Shown here: one piece after another, positions 1-10,769 of the stretch
Numbering within the stretch: position 1 is the first letter of the stretch
Layout: each line of letters begins with the position of its first letter
Assembly: GCF_004010195.1 (NCBI RefSeq)
Contig: NC_057754.1
Coordinates: forward strand, 4,301,937-4,340,517
Direction of reading: 5' to 3'
Source of the DNA: Chiloscyllium plagiosum
Taxonomy: Eukaryota
DNA length: 38,581 bases
Made by a program: the position numbers and the translations under genes
Notes under the pieces: generated by a model
The model's database searches: none
What the model was told of the DNA's origin: nothing
What the model saw: only the letters and a program-made list of their open reading frames with translations

Positions 1-94
1 CAAACTGCAGGCAAATAGGACTAGTTCCATTTAGGAAACTTGGTCAGCATGAATGAGTTGGGCCAAAGGGCCTGTTTCCATGCTGTATGACTCT
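1..94 (+). mobile_element. CR1/HER1-type LINE 3' end
   Basis: GGTCAGCATG...GGCCAAAGGGCCTGTTTCCATGCTGTATGACTCTA tail matches other CR1 3' ends in the window. Confidence 0.7.
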
Positions 95-371
95 AAGGGC
101 TTCCCACAGCCAGACTGTGCAACCACTCACTGAAAGTGGACATCCCCAATAACACATCTCCAACTCTCCTTTTCTGAGCTGAATACAGACATAGAGAGGC
201 GATGCTTCAGTTACACAGGAAGACAACATCCAGAGTACAGTAATGGTCTCCACGTTGAATGCAGAATGTATATGTTGGAGACAGTTCAAAGAAGGTTGGC
301 CAAACTACTACCCAGAACAAATGATTGGGTAGCCTTCTGAGGAAGCATTGGACAGGCATGGCTTGTCATGG

Positions 372-566
372 CATGACATTAGTGAACCAGGCTGGCTTTC
401 CCCAACAATCAAATCATCATTGGACTCTTAATTCTAGAGATTTTTTGCTAATTTCAATTCAAATTCCACTATCTGCTGTGGTGGGATTTGAATCCGGGTG
501 CCCGGGCATTATCTGAGTCTCTGCATTAATAGGCCAGCAATAATACCACTAAGCTACCGCCTTCTC
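372..566 (-). mobile_element. tRNA-derived SINE (family B), 5' half
   Basis: Reverse complement of the 5' part of the copy at 17722-18068; B-box-like GATTTGAATCC. Confidence 0.7.
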
Positions 567-1585
567 ATATAACAAATGTCGGAGGTTGAGCTATCTCTGA
601 ATTCCAGAAACTTCCAATAACGTTGTCACAAATGGATCCATTTGTGGATTGCCTTCTTAAGAGACACCATGTGCCTAGGTTGATCTAGTGTTAATCCTGA
701 ATGAGCAAGGTGCTATCTGGACAGTAGATCCAAATTTCCAAATTTAATGTAGACTGTGTCCAACTGAGATTTTTTCGGCCATTTTATTTTCTATTACGCT
801 GAGGCCCTTCTTCCTTTTGCACTCTGTTCCCAGACCAAGAGAAGCGCCCATACCTTCTTTACCTTTTAATTTGAAAATAGCAGGTCGCTACTTCCACGTT
901 ATTTTGTCACTAGATCAAAAGATTAGTGTTTCCGATTCCTGGAAACAGGACCCAACCACATTCCAGATGGCCAACCATGAAAGAGGTTGTATTTTGGGAG
1001 GGCCGGGAGCTCTGCTAGATACATATGTGGTTGAAAAGTGGCAACAAAATGATTTAACAACATTTCTGATGCAGCTGTAAATTTCTAAACCTTCTGTGTT
1101 GAGGCCATCTGGATTCAATAAATACAATAACTGGAGCCAAATAAAATAAACAAGGTTGTGAAACATTATTTGGTATTTTGTAGGTTCCTTGACAGTGACT
1201 GAAAGGGCCATTGATGGCTCTGATGACCATTCGGGTGGTATCTTGGGGATTTGGCATGATGCACATGCACAAAGAATTAAAATTTCATGTTGGTCATGCC
1301 AGGGTACGCTGAGATGCACGCTCCGCGTTGGCCACACGGCCTGGCATGAGGTTTCCCACCAACTGGGTGTTTTATCTGATGTGGCAATGCTGATGTCATC
1401 TCCCATAACATAAGAAACGTGGCATAAACCGCATGGTATTGAAGGGTCCAACAGATATTTATTACAGTAACTACAGTGCGCAAAGCTCCCATCCCTCAGG
1501 CACATAGGTGCCAGGCTCATATAAGCTTCATGTTTACAGCAGACAAATATCCTTCCAGTGCAGTGTCATGCTTCAAGTGATCCAG

Positions 1586-2150
1586 GGGTATGTGTGAGTG
1601 TGAGAGAGATGGTGTGTGGGCGTGAGAGAGAGGGTGTATGTGTCAGTGCGAGCTTGTGTGCGTCAGTGTGAGTGTGTGTTTGAGACTGTGTTTGTGTGAG
1701 AGCATGTGTGTTTCTGGGTGAGTGTGTGTGGATATGTGAGAGAATGGGTGCAGGTTTGTGAGTGTATGAGTGTGTGAACATGTGTGTGTGTGTGTGATAA
1801 TATGTGTGTTTCTGGGTGAGTGTATGAATTTTGAGAGAGACTGTGGAAGTTTGTGTGAATGTGTGTGATAATAGTTATGTGTGTGTGAATGTGCTTCTGG
1901 GTGAGTATTTCTGTGTGCGTGTGAATGTGTGAGAGAAATTGTGTGTCCGAGTTTGTGTAAGTGTCTGATTTTGTGAATCTATGTGTGTGTGTGTTTGCGT
2001 GAGTCTGAGTATGAGGGGTGTGCATATATGTGTGCAAGTGTGTGTGTGTGTGTTAGTGTGACGGTCTGTGCTTGTGTGTGTGAGTGAACGTGAGAGTGTG
2101 CAAAAGTGTGTGTGAGAGACACAGCGTGAGAGCACATGTGTATGTACACA
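1586..2150. repeat. Degenerate (GT/GA)n microsatellite
   Basis: Direct inspection; produces spurious His/Thr-rich ORFs. Confidence 0.95.
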
Positions 2151-2191
2151 CTCGTGCAAAATCTCAACCACAACAGTCTTCCACTCCAGGA

Positions 2192-2398
2192 GTGGACAAA
2201 GTTAAAAATCACTCAACACTAGGTTATAGTCCAACGGGTTTTTTTGGAAGCACTTGCTTTCGGAGTGCTGCTCCTCCATCTGATGAAGGAGCAGCCTCCA
2301 AAAGCTAGTGCTTCCAAATAAACCTGTTGGACTATAATCTGGCGTTGTGGGATTTTTAACTTTGTTCAGCCCAGTCCAACACCAGCTCCTCCACATCA
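2192..2398. mobile_element. Two head-to-head Penelope-like terminal repeats carrying decayed hammerhead motifs
   Basis: CTGATGAAGGAGCAGCCTCCAAAAGCTAGTGCTTCCAAATAAACCTGTTGGACTATAA on + and its reverse complement immediately upstream. Confidence 0.8.
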
Positions 2399-2597
2399 TG
2401 ACATTCCTGGAGAGCTCAGGGGAAGGCGCTTCAGATAAACATTACCCCTTTTCATAGAAGTGATAATAAAACAAGCCCCCCACAGGTGGGCCTCAGTGAA
2501 CCCAGCCACCATTGTGAAGATGAACTGGGGTCATCCACGCTGGAGCAATTCTCAACCAACAACCATCGAAAAGAGATGCCCACATTGTTGCAATTTG

Positions 2598-2702
2598 TTG
2601 GACGTTTGCTATGTGCTGATTGGCTGCCTGTTTGCTACATCACAAGAGCAAATACTTCATTGGCTGCGACACTGGGTGCTAGCGAGGTGGCGAAAGGAGC
2701 TG
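2598..2702 (+). mobile_element. Old Deu-domain SINE (SacSINE1/AmnSINE-like) 3' remnant
   Basis: TTGGCTGCC..TTTGCTACAT..ACTTCATTGGCTG..GAGGTGGCGAAAGG resembles the recalled DeuSINE tail; very diverged. Confidence 0.4.
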
Positions 2703-2736
2703 GGGAATTGGGACTCCACCTCACTTTGCCCGGGGG

Positions 2737-2762
2737 GTGTGTGTGTGTGTGTGTGTGTGCGT
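2737..2762. repeat. (GT)n microsatellite
   Basis: Direct inspection. Confidence 0.95.
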
Positions 2763-3502
2763 GGTGGTGCCGATGGGGTTCCTGAGCATCCCTACCCCGG
2801 TATGAACCGGAAGATGGAGGAGCATAAATAGCTACGAGACTGGTTAACTGGGACTCACTTGGCACGAGGGAGCGAAAGGAAACAGGAAATGGAAGAGATT
2901 ATAAAGTCAGCTCGGGACCATTTTGATTCCAGCCCAATCAGTTCAGAGCAAAGATTACGTTGGCAACTCCGTTGCAATTGGAGCCACTATCAAAGGCCCT
3001 CAGTTTTATCACGGAACACAGCACCTTCCGGAACGTTCCACCAATTCCTTTCTGCGCTGTTTACCTTTGACAGAATGTGAGTGACTCTCTGGGTTCAGAA
3101 TGGATTCCACATATTCACACAGCAGAACCACATCAAGTTCCTGAGGGATGTCAGCTCAGCGAGCGAAGACCTACAGCAAGCAAGAGCTTTGGCCTCAATG
3201 TTTGCCGCAAATGTTTCCAGGGAGATACCGGTCAGGAGTGAGCTGCAGGGTTGAGCTTAAAGCTTGAGGATCCCACTGATGCAGTGAAGAACGAAATCAT
3301 TGGATTAAAACTCTGAGCAGAGCCTTGGGATTGTAATTTGTACATTACATAGTGATGTGCTGGCTTTTAAAAGTAATATCATGTTGCATTTAGCCTTTCA
3401 TTTGCCTCACGTAACCTCTGTTCCAAACAGTCTGCATTCCACACCGAAAGGAGAGATCACAAATGTTTCTTAAAACATAACTCCAGCTCATTTAATGGCG
3501 GC

Positions 3503-3741
3503 GATGTAGAGGAAGCTTTATTCCATATCTAACCCCATCGCTGTCCCTTTTGTGGGAGTGTTTGATGGGGACAGTGTAGAGAGAGCTTTACTCTGTATCT
3601 AACCCCATCGCTGTCCCTGTCCTGGGAATGTTTGATGGGGGACAGTGCAGAGGGAGTTTTACTCTGTATCTAACCCTGTGCTGTCCCTATTTTGGGAGTG
3701 TTTGATGGGGGACAGTGCAGGGTGAGCTTTACTCTGTATCA
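3503..3741 (+). repeat. ~70-bp tandem repeat, ~3.4 units
   Basis: GAGCTTTACTCTGTATCTAACCC..GCTGTCCCTGTCCTGGGAGTGTTTGATGGGGACAGTGTAGA; unit starts near 3513, 3583, 3654, 3724. Confidence 0.9.
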
Positions 3742-3825
3742 TTTTCTTTCACAATTCAGTCACAAATCTCACCTAGATCCTTAAAGGTTCTGATGCAAGT
3801 CTATAGGTTGTATACCTATATACTA

Positions 3826-4144
3826 GATGGCACGGTGGCTCAGTGGTTAGCACTGCTGCGTCACAGAGCTAGGGACCTGTGTTCAATCTGACCCTCCTGT
3901 GGAGCTTGCATGTTCTCCCTGTGGCTGCATGGGGTTCCTCTGGTTGCTCCGGTCTCCTCCCACAGTCCGAAGATGTGCAGGTTAGGCTGGATTGGCCGTG
4001 CTAAATTTCCCCATAGTGTCCATTGATGTGCAGGTTAGGCGGATCAGCCATGGGGAAATGTAGGGTTATAGGGAGCTGGGTAAGGGTGGGGTGCTCTTCG
4101 AAGGGTCAGTGATGGACCAAATGGTCTCTCTCTCTCTCACTGTA
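3826..4144 (+). mobile_element. HE1-like V-SINE
   Basis: tRNA head GGCACGGTGGCTCAGTGGTTAGCACTGCTG, V-domain GCATGTTCTCCC..CTCCCACAGTCC, LINE-like tail. Confidence 0.85.
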
Positions 4145-4812
4145 ATGGATCGATATCTCAAACAGGCCCTGACCTGAAAACATCGTCCTGGTTTCAGGAG
4201 CAGAAAGAATGAACTGCAGATGAAGCTTGGGATATATCGCTCTGGCTGAAGTGAGAGCAGAGGCCCATGCCTTAAAGCACTGATCTATAGAAATGGCTTA
4301 CGCAGGCACTTTGGTAGTGGGGTGACCGTAGCTGTGACGGTTCCTGTTCAGCCAGCGCCATTCATCACGCTCTCCCCCCCAACTCCCCCACCACCACTGT
4401 TGCGGACCCTTAAGGAGCTAAGACCACACAACAATGGAGTCATGTGGGAATGCTGCAGGGATGGAAATGTCACCCTTCAGGTGAGGTCAAAGGTCGGCCG
4501 GACACCTGCGCGGAGAACAGGTCATTTCCCTGAGCGATCCTTCCTTAGTCAGTACCCTACTATAAAACTGTTCCCAGAACTACTCGTGTAGAATCACAGA
4601 AAGAGGCCATTCGGCCCATGCCAGCTCATTCGAAGAGAGTAGTAGAGACCAGAAGCCTCACCTGTGCAAGCACTTGAAATGTGGGATTGGTGTCGATAGG
4701 CTAGCACAGAATCGATAGGCCAAAGGGGTGTTTTCTGTACCAATGTGATTCTACTTTGTATGAGATTCCAGCTTATTCCAAATCTCCGTCAGCTCTGCAA
4801 TTCTATTCAAGT

Positions 4813-4892
4813 CCAAAGACGAGTCATCGGGGATTCGAAACGTTAACTCTGCTTTCTCTCCACAGATGCTGCCAGAGCTGCTGAGTTTCTCC
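4813..4892 (+). mobile_element. Penelope-like terminus with degenerate hammerhead
   Basis: GAAACGTTAACTCTGCTTTCTCTCCACAGATGCTGCCAGAGCTGCTGAGTTTCTCC, shared with copies at 16096, 19726 and 31370. Confidence 0.6.
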
Positions 4893-4974
4893 TTTTAGCC
4901 CTCTCTGCTTTGAGAACAACAGCTCCAGTTTCTTCACTTTATCCCAGAACTGCAATCTTCTACCATCTTTGAAT

Positions 4975-5288
4975 CCCCGACAGTATGGAAACAGGCCATT
5001 CGGCCCAACAGGTCCATGTCAACTCTCTGAGCAGCACCCACCCATCCCTGTAACCCTGCACTTCCCACGGCTAACCCACACATCCCTGGACACTATATCA
5101 CGGCCAATCCACCCTAACCGGCACACCTCTGGACTGTGTGAAGAATCCGGAGCACCAGGAGGAAACCCACGCAGACACGGGGAGAATGTGCAAACTCCAC
5201 ACAGACAGTTGCCCGAGGGCGGAATCGAACCCGGGTCCCTGGTGCTGTGAGGCTGCAGTGCTAACCACTGAGCCACCGTGTCGCCCCT
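4975..5288 (-). mobile_element. HE1-like V-SINE
   Basis: Reverse-complement head (GCTAACCACTGAGCCACCGTG), B-box GAATCGAACC and V-domain. Confidence 0.85.
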
Positions 5289-5693
5289 ATGAATGTTTGC
5301 ATTTTATGCCCCTCTCTATGTACCTCTGTCAAACTCTGTGCGCAGTAGGTACTTGGAATGCGGGTGACACCTACTCAAGGCAAAAATCAGCATATGGTTT
5401 CTTTTTTAGTCATGAGGACACTGTTGTGTGAAACTTCAGAAAGATTTAATAGGCAGTGTCGTGACACACCTTCCTTGGGCACTGAGTGGGACTTAAACCG
5501 GAGTTTCTAACTTAGAAGTACGGACACTACCACCCCCCAAGGCCATGTGGTCTCAAGCCTTACTCCCTGAGTTACCCTTCTGCTTTCTGCTCTGTGACTG
5601 CCTCTACACCCACCCGTGATCCAGCAGTCTCCCAGTGCGCAACAATGGATTGTCCACGAAGACTCTGATCAATGACCCAACAGGTTTCACAGA

Positions 5694-5865
5694 AGAACAT
5701 AAGAACTAGGAGCAGGAGTAGGCCCTCTGGCCCTTTGAGCCTGTCCCGCCATTCAATAAGATCATAACTCATCTTGTCATGGACTCAGCTCCACATACCC
5801 GCTCTCACCGTATCCCTTAGTAGAACATAAGAACTAGGAGCAGGACATAGGAACTAGGAGCAGGG
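5694..5865 (-). mobile_element. CR1-type LINE 3' end with reiterated terminal motif
   Basis: AGAACATAAGAACTAGGAGCAGGA at ~5694 and ~5822, partial third copy at ~5846. Confidence 0.65.
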
Positions 5866-5974
5866 AATGGAAACAAAGGGAAACAATGTGCAAGGATAAC
5901 GTTGGACATTATTTCTTTTCAAATTGATTCAAACAATGTCCCTCCTATTTTGCTCTTCTGAAGTGACACCAAGG

Positions 5975-6560
5975 TTAAGAGTTAGAATACAAGGGTACAT
6001 GTACTGCTGAGACTGTATAAGGCTCTGGTCAGAATGCGTTTGGAATATTCTGAGCAGTTTTCGGCCCGGTGTCTAAGGAAGGAATGTTGTGGGAGGTCCA
6101 GAAAAGGATTATGAGAATGGCCCTGGGGTGAAGGCCTTGTCAAATGAGGACTCTGAATCTGTATTTGGGTCTGTATGGTGTTTAGAAAGGTGGGTGGGGG
6201 GGAGGGGTTATGGATCTGTTTGAAACTTACAGAATACTGAGAACTCTGGATAGAGTGAATGTGGGGAAGATGCTTTCACCAGTAGGAGAGTCTAGGACCC
6301 GAGGGCATAGCCTCAGAGTGAAGGAACTGAGATGAGGAGGAATTTCTTCAGCCAGAGAGGGGTGAATGTGTGGAACTCATTGCCACAGAGAGCTGTGTAG
6401 GCCAAGTCACTGAGTGTCTTTAAGACAGAGATAGGTGGGTGCTTGATGGGTTCAAGGGTTACAGGTGAAGGCAGGAAATTGGGGTTGAGAAACATATCAA
6501 CCATGATAGAGTGGTGGAGCAGACTTAGATGGGCCGAATGGCCTAATTTTGCTCCTATGG
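5975..6560 (+). mobile_element. CR1-type LINE 3' fragment, decayed
   Basis: Degenerate LRLYKALVR..LEY..QF coding remnant and FFSQR..WNSLP motif, then 3' UTR. Confidence 0.8.
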
Positions 6561-6779
6561 AATTTCTAGCTTGTTTGACCCCTCCAAGTGTTCAAACAGC
6601 CCAATTCTGCAGCCCCTTTATACCTAGGTCCTGACCTATCCCTGCCTAACTTTATTCTCCTCCATAAGAGGGCTCTCCCTGCACATTTCTATCTTAACCG
6701 GGTCCGTCAAACTCGTTAATATTTCATTGAACCAAACTCTCATTCCAACGAGAAGTTTTCAAACTTTCTTCACAACATA

Positions 6780-6990
6780 AGTCCCAGGAATGAGTTGTGA
6801 ACTTTCTCTGAAACGCATCAAAAGCAACTGTACTCATTTCACATGTAAGGAGATCAAAGCTGTACACACTCTTTCAGATGTGGTCTCACCACGGCCCTGA
6901 ACAGCTGCAGTGAAACCTTCATACCTGTATATTCCATTCCCTTTGCAATAAACACCAACATTCCCATTCCATTCGCCTTCCTGATCACTT
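6780..6990 (-). mobile_element. CR1-type LINE internal fragment, decayed
   Basis: Minus strand resembles A.GMLAFIAK.MEY....LLQL.RA.VRPHL.CVQ.WSP. Confidence 0.6.
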
Positions 6991-6996
6991 GTAGGG

Positions 6997-7657
6997 TCAT
7001 TCAGCACGGAAACAGATCCTTCGATCCAAACAGAATCCCAAACTAAACTAGACCCACCTGCCTGCTCCTGGCCCATGTCCCTCCAAACCCTTTCCTATTC
7101 ATGTACTCATCCAAATGTCTTTGAAATCTCATAACTGTACCCGCATCCACCACTTTCTCTGCAGTTTGGGGGTGGCATGTTGGTTCAGTGGTTAGCACTG
7201 CTGCCTCACAGCGTCAGGGACCCGGGTTCGATTCCTGCCTCAGGCGATAGTCTGTGTGGAATTCGCACATTATCCCCATTACTGTGTGGGTTTCCTCCCA
7301 CAATCCAAAGATGCGCAGGTTAGGTGAATTGGCTGTGCTAAATTGCCCACAGTGTTAGGTGGCTTACAGGGATAAATGTAGGCATCTGGGTGGGTTACTC
7401 TTCAGAGGGTCAGTGTGGACATGTTGGGCCAAAGGGCCTGTTTCCATACTGTAGGGAATCTAATCTAATCAGTTTCATTCCACACACGAACCAGTCCTTG
7501 TGCAAAAAAAAAATTGCCCCTCACGTCTTTTTTAAATCTTTCTCCTCTCAACTTAAAAAATTTGCCCTCTAGTCTTGAAATCCCCACTCTAGGGAAAAGA
7601 CATCTGACATTCACCTTATCTGATTTTATAAACCTCTATAAGGTCACCCATGAACCT
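6997..7657 (-). mobile_element. CR1/HER1-type LINE 3' end interrupted by a SINE
   Basis: Tail at 6997-7167 resumes at 7470-7657. Confidence 0.8.
7168..7469 (+). mobile_element. HE1-like V-SINE with target-site duplication
   Basis: Head, V-domain, (AATCT)n tail; CAGTTT duplicated at 7162-7167 and 7470-7475. Confidence 0.85.
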
Positions 7658-7659
7658 TC

Positions 7660-7790
7660 TACTCTTTCCACCCAGATAATGTTCTTCTACAACAACTTCC
7701 ATCAGGCAGAAGATACTGATGTTTGAGCACTGGCACCAACAGGTTCAAATACAGCTTCTTCCTAATTGTTACTGGATTAATGAAAGGACT
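7660..7790 (+). mobile_element. Rex1/Babar-type LINE 3' fragment (mirror copy ~8067-8295 on -)
   Basis: Frameshifted LPSGRRY..TNRFKYSFF, typical of the Rex1 ORF C-terminus. Confidence 0.65.
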
Positions 7791-8066
7791 NNNNNNNNNN
7801 NNNNNNNNNNNNNNNNNNNNNNNNNNNNNNNNNNNNNNNNNNNNNNNNNNNNNNNNNNNNNNNNNNNNNNNNNNNNNNNNNNNNNNNNNNNNNNNNNNNN
7901 NNNNNNNNNNNNNNNNNNNNNNNNNNNNNNNNNNNNNNNNNNNNNNNNNNNNNNNNNNNNNNNNNNNNNNNNNNNNNNNNNNNNNNNNNNNNNNNNNNNN
8001 NNNNNNNNNNNNNNNNNNNNNNNNNNNNNNNNNNNNNNNNNNNNNNNNNNNNNNNNNNNNNNNNNN
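7791..8066. other. Assembly gap (276 N)
   Basis: Run of N. Confidence 1.
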
Positions 8067-8163
8067 ATCATAGCAAACAAGGACATACAGATGATAGCGA
8101 GGCAGACAGGCTACACAGCATGGGAGGTGTGCAAAGACAGATCAGCGTTATTTGAAATTAGAC

Positions 8164-8516
8164 AGTCCTTTCATTAATCCAGTAACAATTAGGAAGAAGC
8201 TGTATTTGAACCTGTTGGTGCCAGTGCTCAAACATCAGTATCTTCTGCCTGATGGAAGTTGTTGTAGAAGAACATTATCTGGGTGGAAAGAGTAGAAGGT
8301 TCATGGGTGACCTTATAGAGGTTTATAAAATCAGATAAGGTGAATGTCAGATGTCTTTTCCCTAGAGTGGGGATTTCAAGACTAGAGGGCAAATTTTTTA
8401 AGTTGAGAGGAGAAAGATTTAAAAAAGACGTGAGGGGCAATTTTTTTTTTGCACAAGGACTGGTTCGTGTGTGGAATGAAACTGATTAGATTAGATTCCC
8501 TACAGTATGGAAACAG
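8164..8516 (-). repeat. Inverted duplicate of 7438-7790
   Basis: Reverse complement with no mismatch seen; identical 70-aa ORFs at 7514-7726(+) and 8228-8440(-). Confidence 0.95.
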
Positions 8517-8737
8517 ATGCCTACATTTATTCCTGTAAGCCACCTAACACTGTGGGCAATTTAACATGGCCAATCCAGCTTAACCCGCACACCTGTGGAC
8601 TGTGGGAGGAAACCTGCGCAGACATGGGGAGAATGTGCAAACTCCACACAGAGGGTCGCCTGAGGGTGGGATTGAACCTAGGTCCCTGGCACTATGAGGT
8701 AGCAGTGCTAACCACTGAACCACCATGTACCATCCCC
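8485..8737 (-). mobile_element. HE1-like V-SINE (chimeric, internally deleted)
   Basis: Tail matches the 7168-7469 copy, head diverges from it. Confidence 0.8.
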
Positions 8738-8934
8738 TTTGTCGTTGCTTGTTTTACCAAAATGCAAGTGTGGGTTAAAATGTCGTGCGCAGGACTCCCC
8801 AGATCTTTCTGCATTGCCAGGAGAACTGCAACACCGCTCCATTTAAACAGTCACATTTCAACACGGGATAGTCATTAAGAAATCCACCAGGGGAACTCTC
8901 TTTACCCAGGGAGTAGCGAGAATGCAGAATTCTT

Positions 8935-9135
8935 TCACGGGTTGGCAAGATCAGCATTTGGCACCCACTGCTAACTGCCCTTGAACTGAGTGGCTTACTT
9001 GCCAATTAAGAATCAATTAAGCATCGTTGTGGGTCTGGAGTCACGTGTCCATCAGACCAAGTAAAGATGGCAGATTTCCCTCCCTAAAGGCTCGCAATGA
9101 TCCAGAGAAATATTTACGACAACTGACGACAGTTG
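8935..9135 (-). mobile_element. tRNA-derived SINE (family B), 3' part
   Basis: GTGGGTCTGGAGTCAC..CAGACCAAGTAAAGATGGCAGATTTCC. Confidence 0.65.
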
Positions 9136-9825
9136 CTATGCAACACACCCCTCCTCAAACAAAAGGAGTGGAACGGAATCTTTAAAACTTTTTCAGGCAG
9201 GCACAGATGACTGAGGGGAACAAAGATTGTTGGGGAGATATGTAAGAATGTAGGGTTGAAGTTGAGGCCGTGATTTTATTGAATGCCAGGCTGGAAGGGC
9301 CTACCTTTGTTCGGCTAACTTTAAAAAAAAAACAAAATTCAGGATTTATTCACTGATTTCAAATTTCACCATCTGCCGTGACAGGAATTGAACTCAGCTC
9401 CTCGGAATTGGAAACAATGGGAGGACAACTCAATGGAGCATAAACATTGGTTTCTATAAGATTCATATCTATGCTGCACACTTTAAACTGTTCTTCGATG
9501 TAATAATCTCTATTTCAGCTCTCCAGTTTCAGAGCTGCAGTCAGTGCCTGAAGTTGACCAATTCCTATTTTGTTCAGAAGAAAAAAGGTAGTCAAATTTT
9601 GGCTTCAAGGTTTTAAATCTGGGGATTCGAACGATTATTTTCCACACAGCCTCCGAACCTCCTTGTAACATTTAACTATTGCTTGGATGGGCACAGTCTT
9701 ATGGCAGGTTTAGGGCATGGTATGAGCCCAGGTATTTCACCATCTGCCGTGGAGGGTGTTGCACGTTGGATGGCAGTGAACACCACAACCAAAATGCTCC
9801 CTTTTACCCGTCAGCTCAGGGCTGA

Positions 9826-10200
9826 ATAATCTGGGGTCAGATTCCCTGCAGTGTCAGAGGCTGAGGGGTGACCTTATACAGGTTTATACAATCATGGATA
9901 GGGTGAATAGCCATGGTCTTTTCCCCAGTGTAGGGGAGTCCAAAACTAGAGGGCATAGGTTTAAGGTAAGAGAGGAAAGTTTTAAAAAGAGACCTGAGTG
10001 GCAACATTTTCAGGTAGAGGGTAGTGCGTGTATGAAATGGTCTGCCAGAGGATGGAGTGAAGGCGGGTACAATTACAACATTTTAAAGGCATCTGGATGG
10101 GTGTAAGAATATGAAGGGTTTAGAGGGATATGAGCCAAATGGGACGAGATTATTTGATAAGTTGGACCAAAGGGTTTGTTTCCATGCTATATGACTCTAT
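9826..10200 (+). mobile_element. CR1/HER1-type LINE 3' end
   Basis: RLRGDLIQVY..MDRVN..LFPSVGESKTRGHRFKVR. Confidence 0.85.
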
Positions 10201-10324
10201 GAAGGCAGAAGTTGAGGGTAGCTAACCCAGTGACAACATCAGAACTCCAAAGATGTGACAGACGATGCACTTTGGTCACTAGAACATTGAAAGGCAACAC
10301 AGATTTAGGATTATAGTGCTATTA

Positions 10325-10597
10325 CAGAATCATCAAAACCCTATGTTGTGGAAACAGGCCATTCGGCCCATTGAGTCCACATCAAACACTGAAGGGCATC
10401 GCACCCAATAGCCCTGCATTGCCCACAGCCAATCCACCTAACCTGCACATCTTTGGACTGTGGGAGGAAACCAGAGCACCTGGAGGAAACGCCATGCAGA
10501 CACGTGCAGACTCCACACAGACAGATGCCCAAGTCTGGAATGAATTCTGGTCCCTGGCACTGTGAGGTAGCAGTGCTAACCACTGAGCCACTGTGCT
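10325..10597 (-). mobile_element. HE1-like V-SINE
   Basis: Reverse-complement head and V-domain. Confidence 0.8.
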
Positions 10598-10769
10598 AAT
10601 GCAGGAGCAGGGAACCGGATGAACAGATACGTACACAGATCACCGAGGATGGCAGGATAGGTGGAGAGAGCAGTTAACAATGCACACAGCTTTATTAATA
10701 GGTGTATGGTGTGCAGGAAGATGATGATGAATTTGTAAAATACACTTGTTAGAGTTCAGCTTTTCTTTT

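Noticed and set aside
1566..2212. His/Thr-rich ORFs (also 36347-36855)
   Set aside because: Translations of dinucleotide microsatellites
3183..3220. KSFGLNVCRKCFQ resembling RPS29 KYGLNMCRQCF
   Set aside because: Too short; upstream zinc-finger cysteines and flanks do not match
3826..3900. tRNA-like sequences at SINE heads
   Set aside because: Continue into SINE bodies; no complete cloverleaf
7719..8177. ORFs spanning the N run
   Set aside because: Artefacts of the assembly gap
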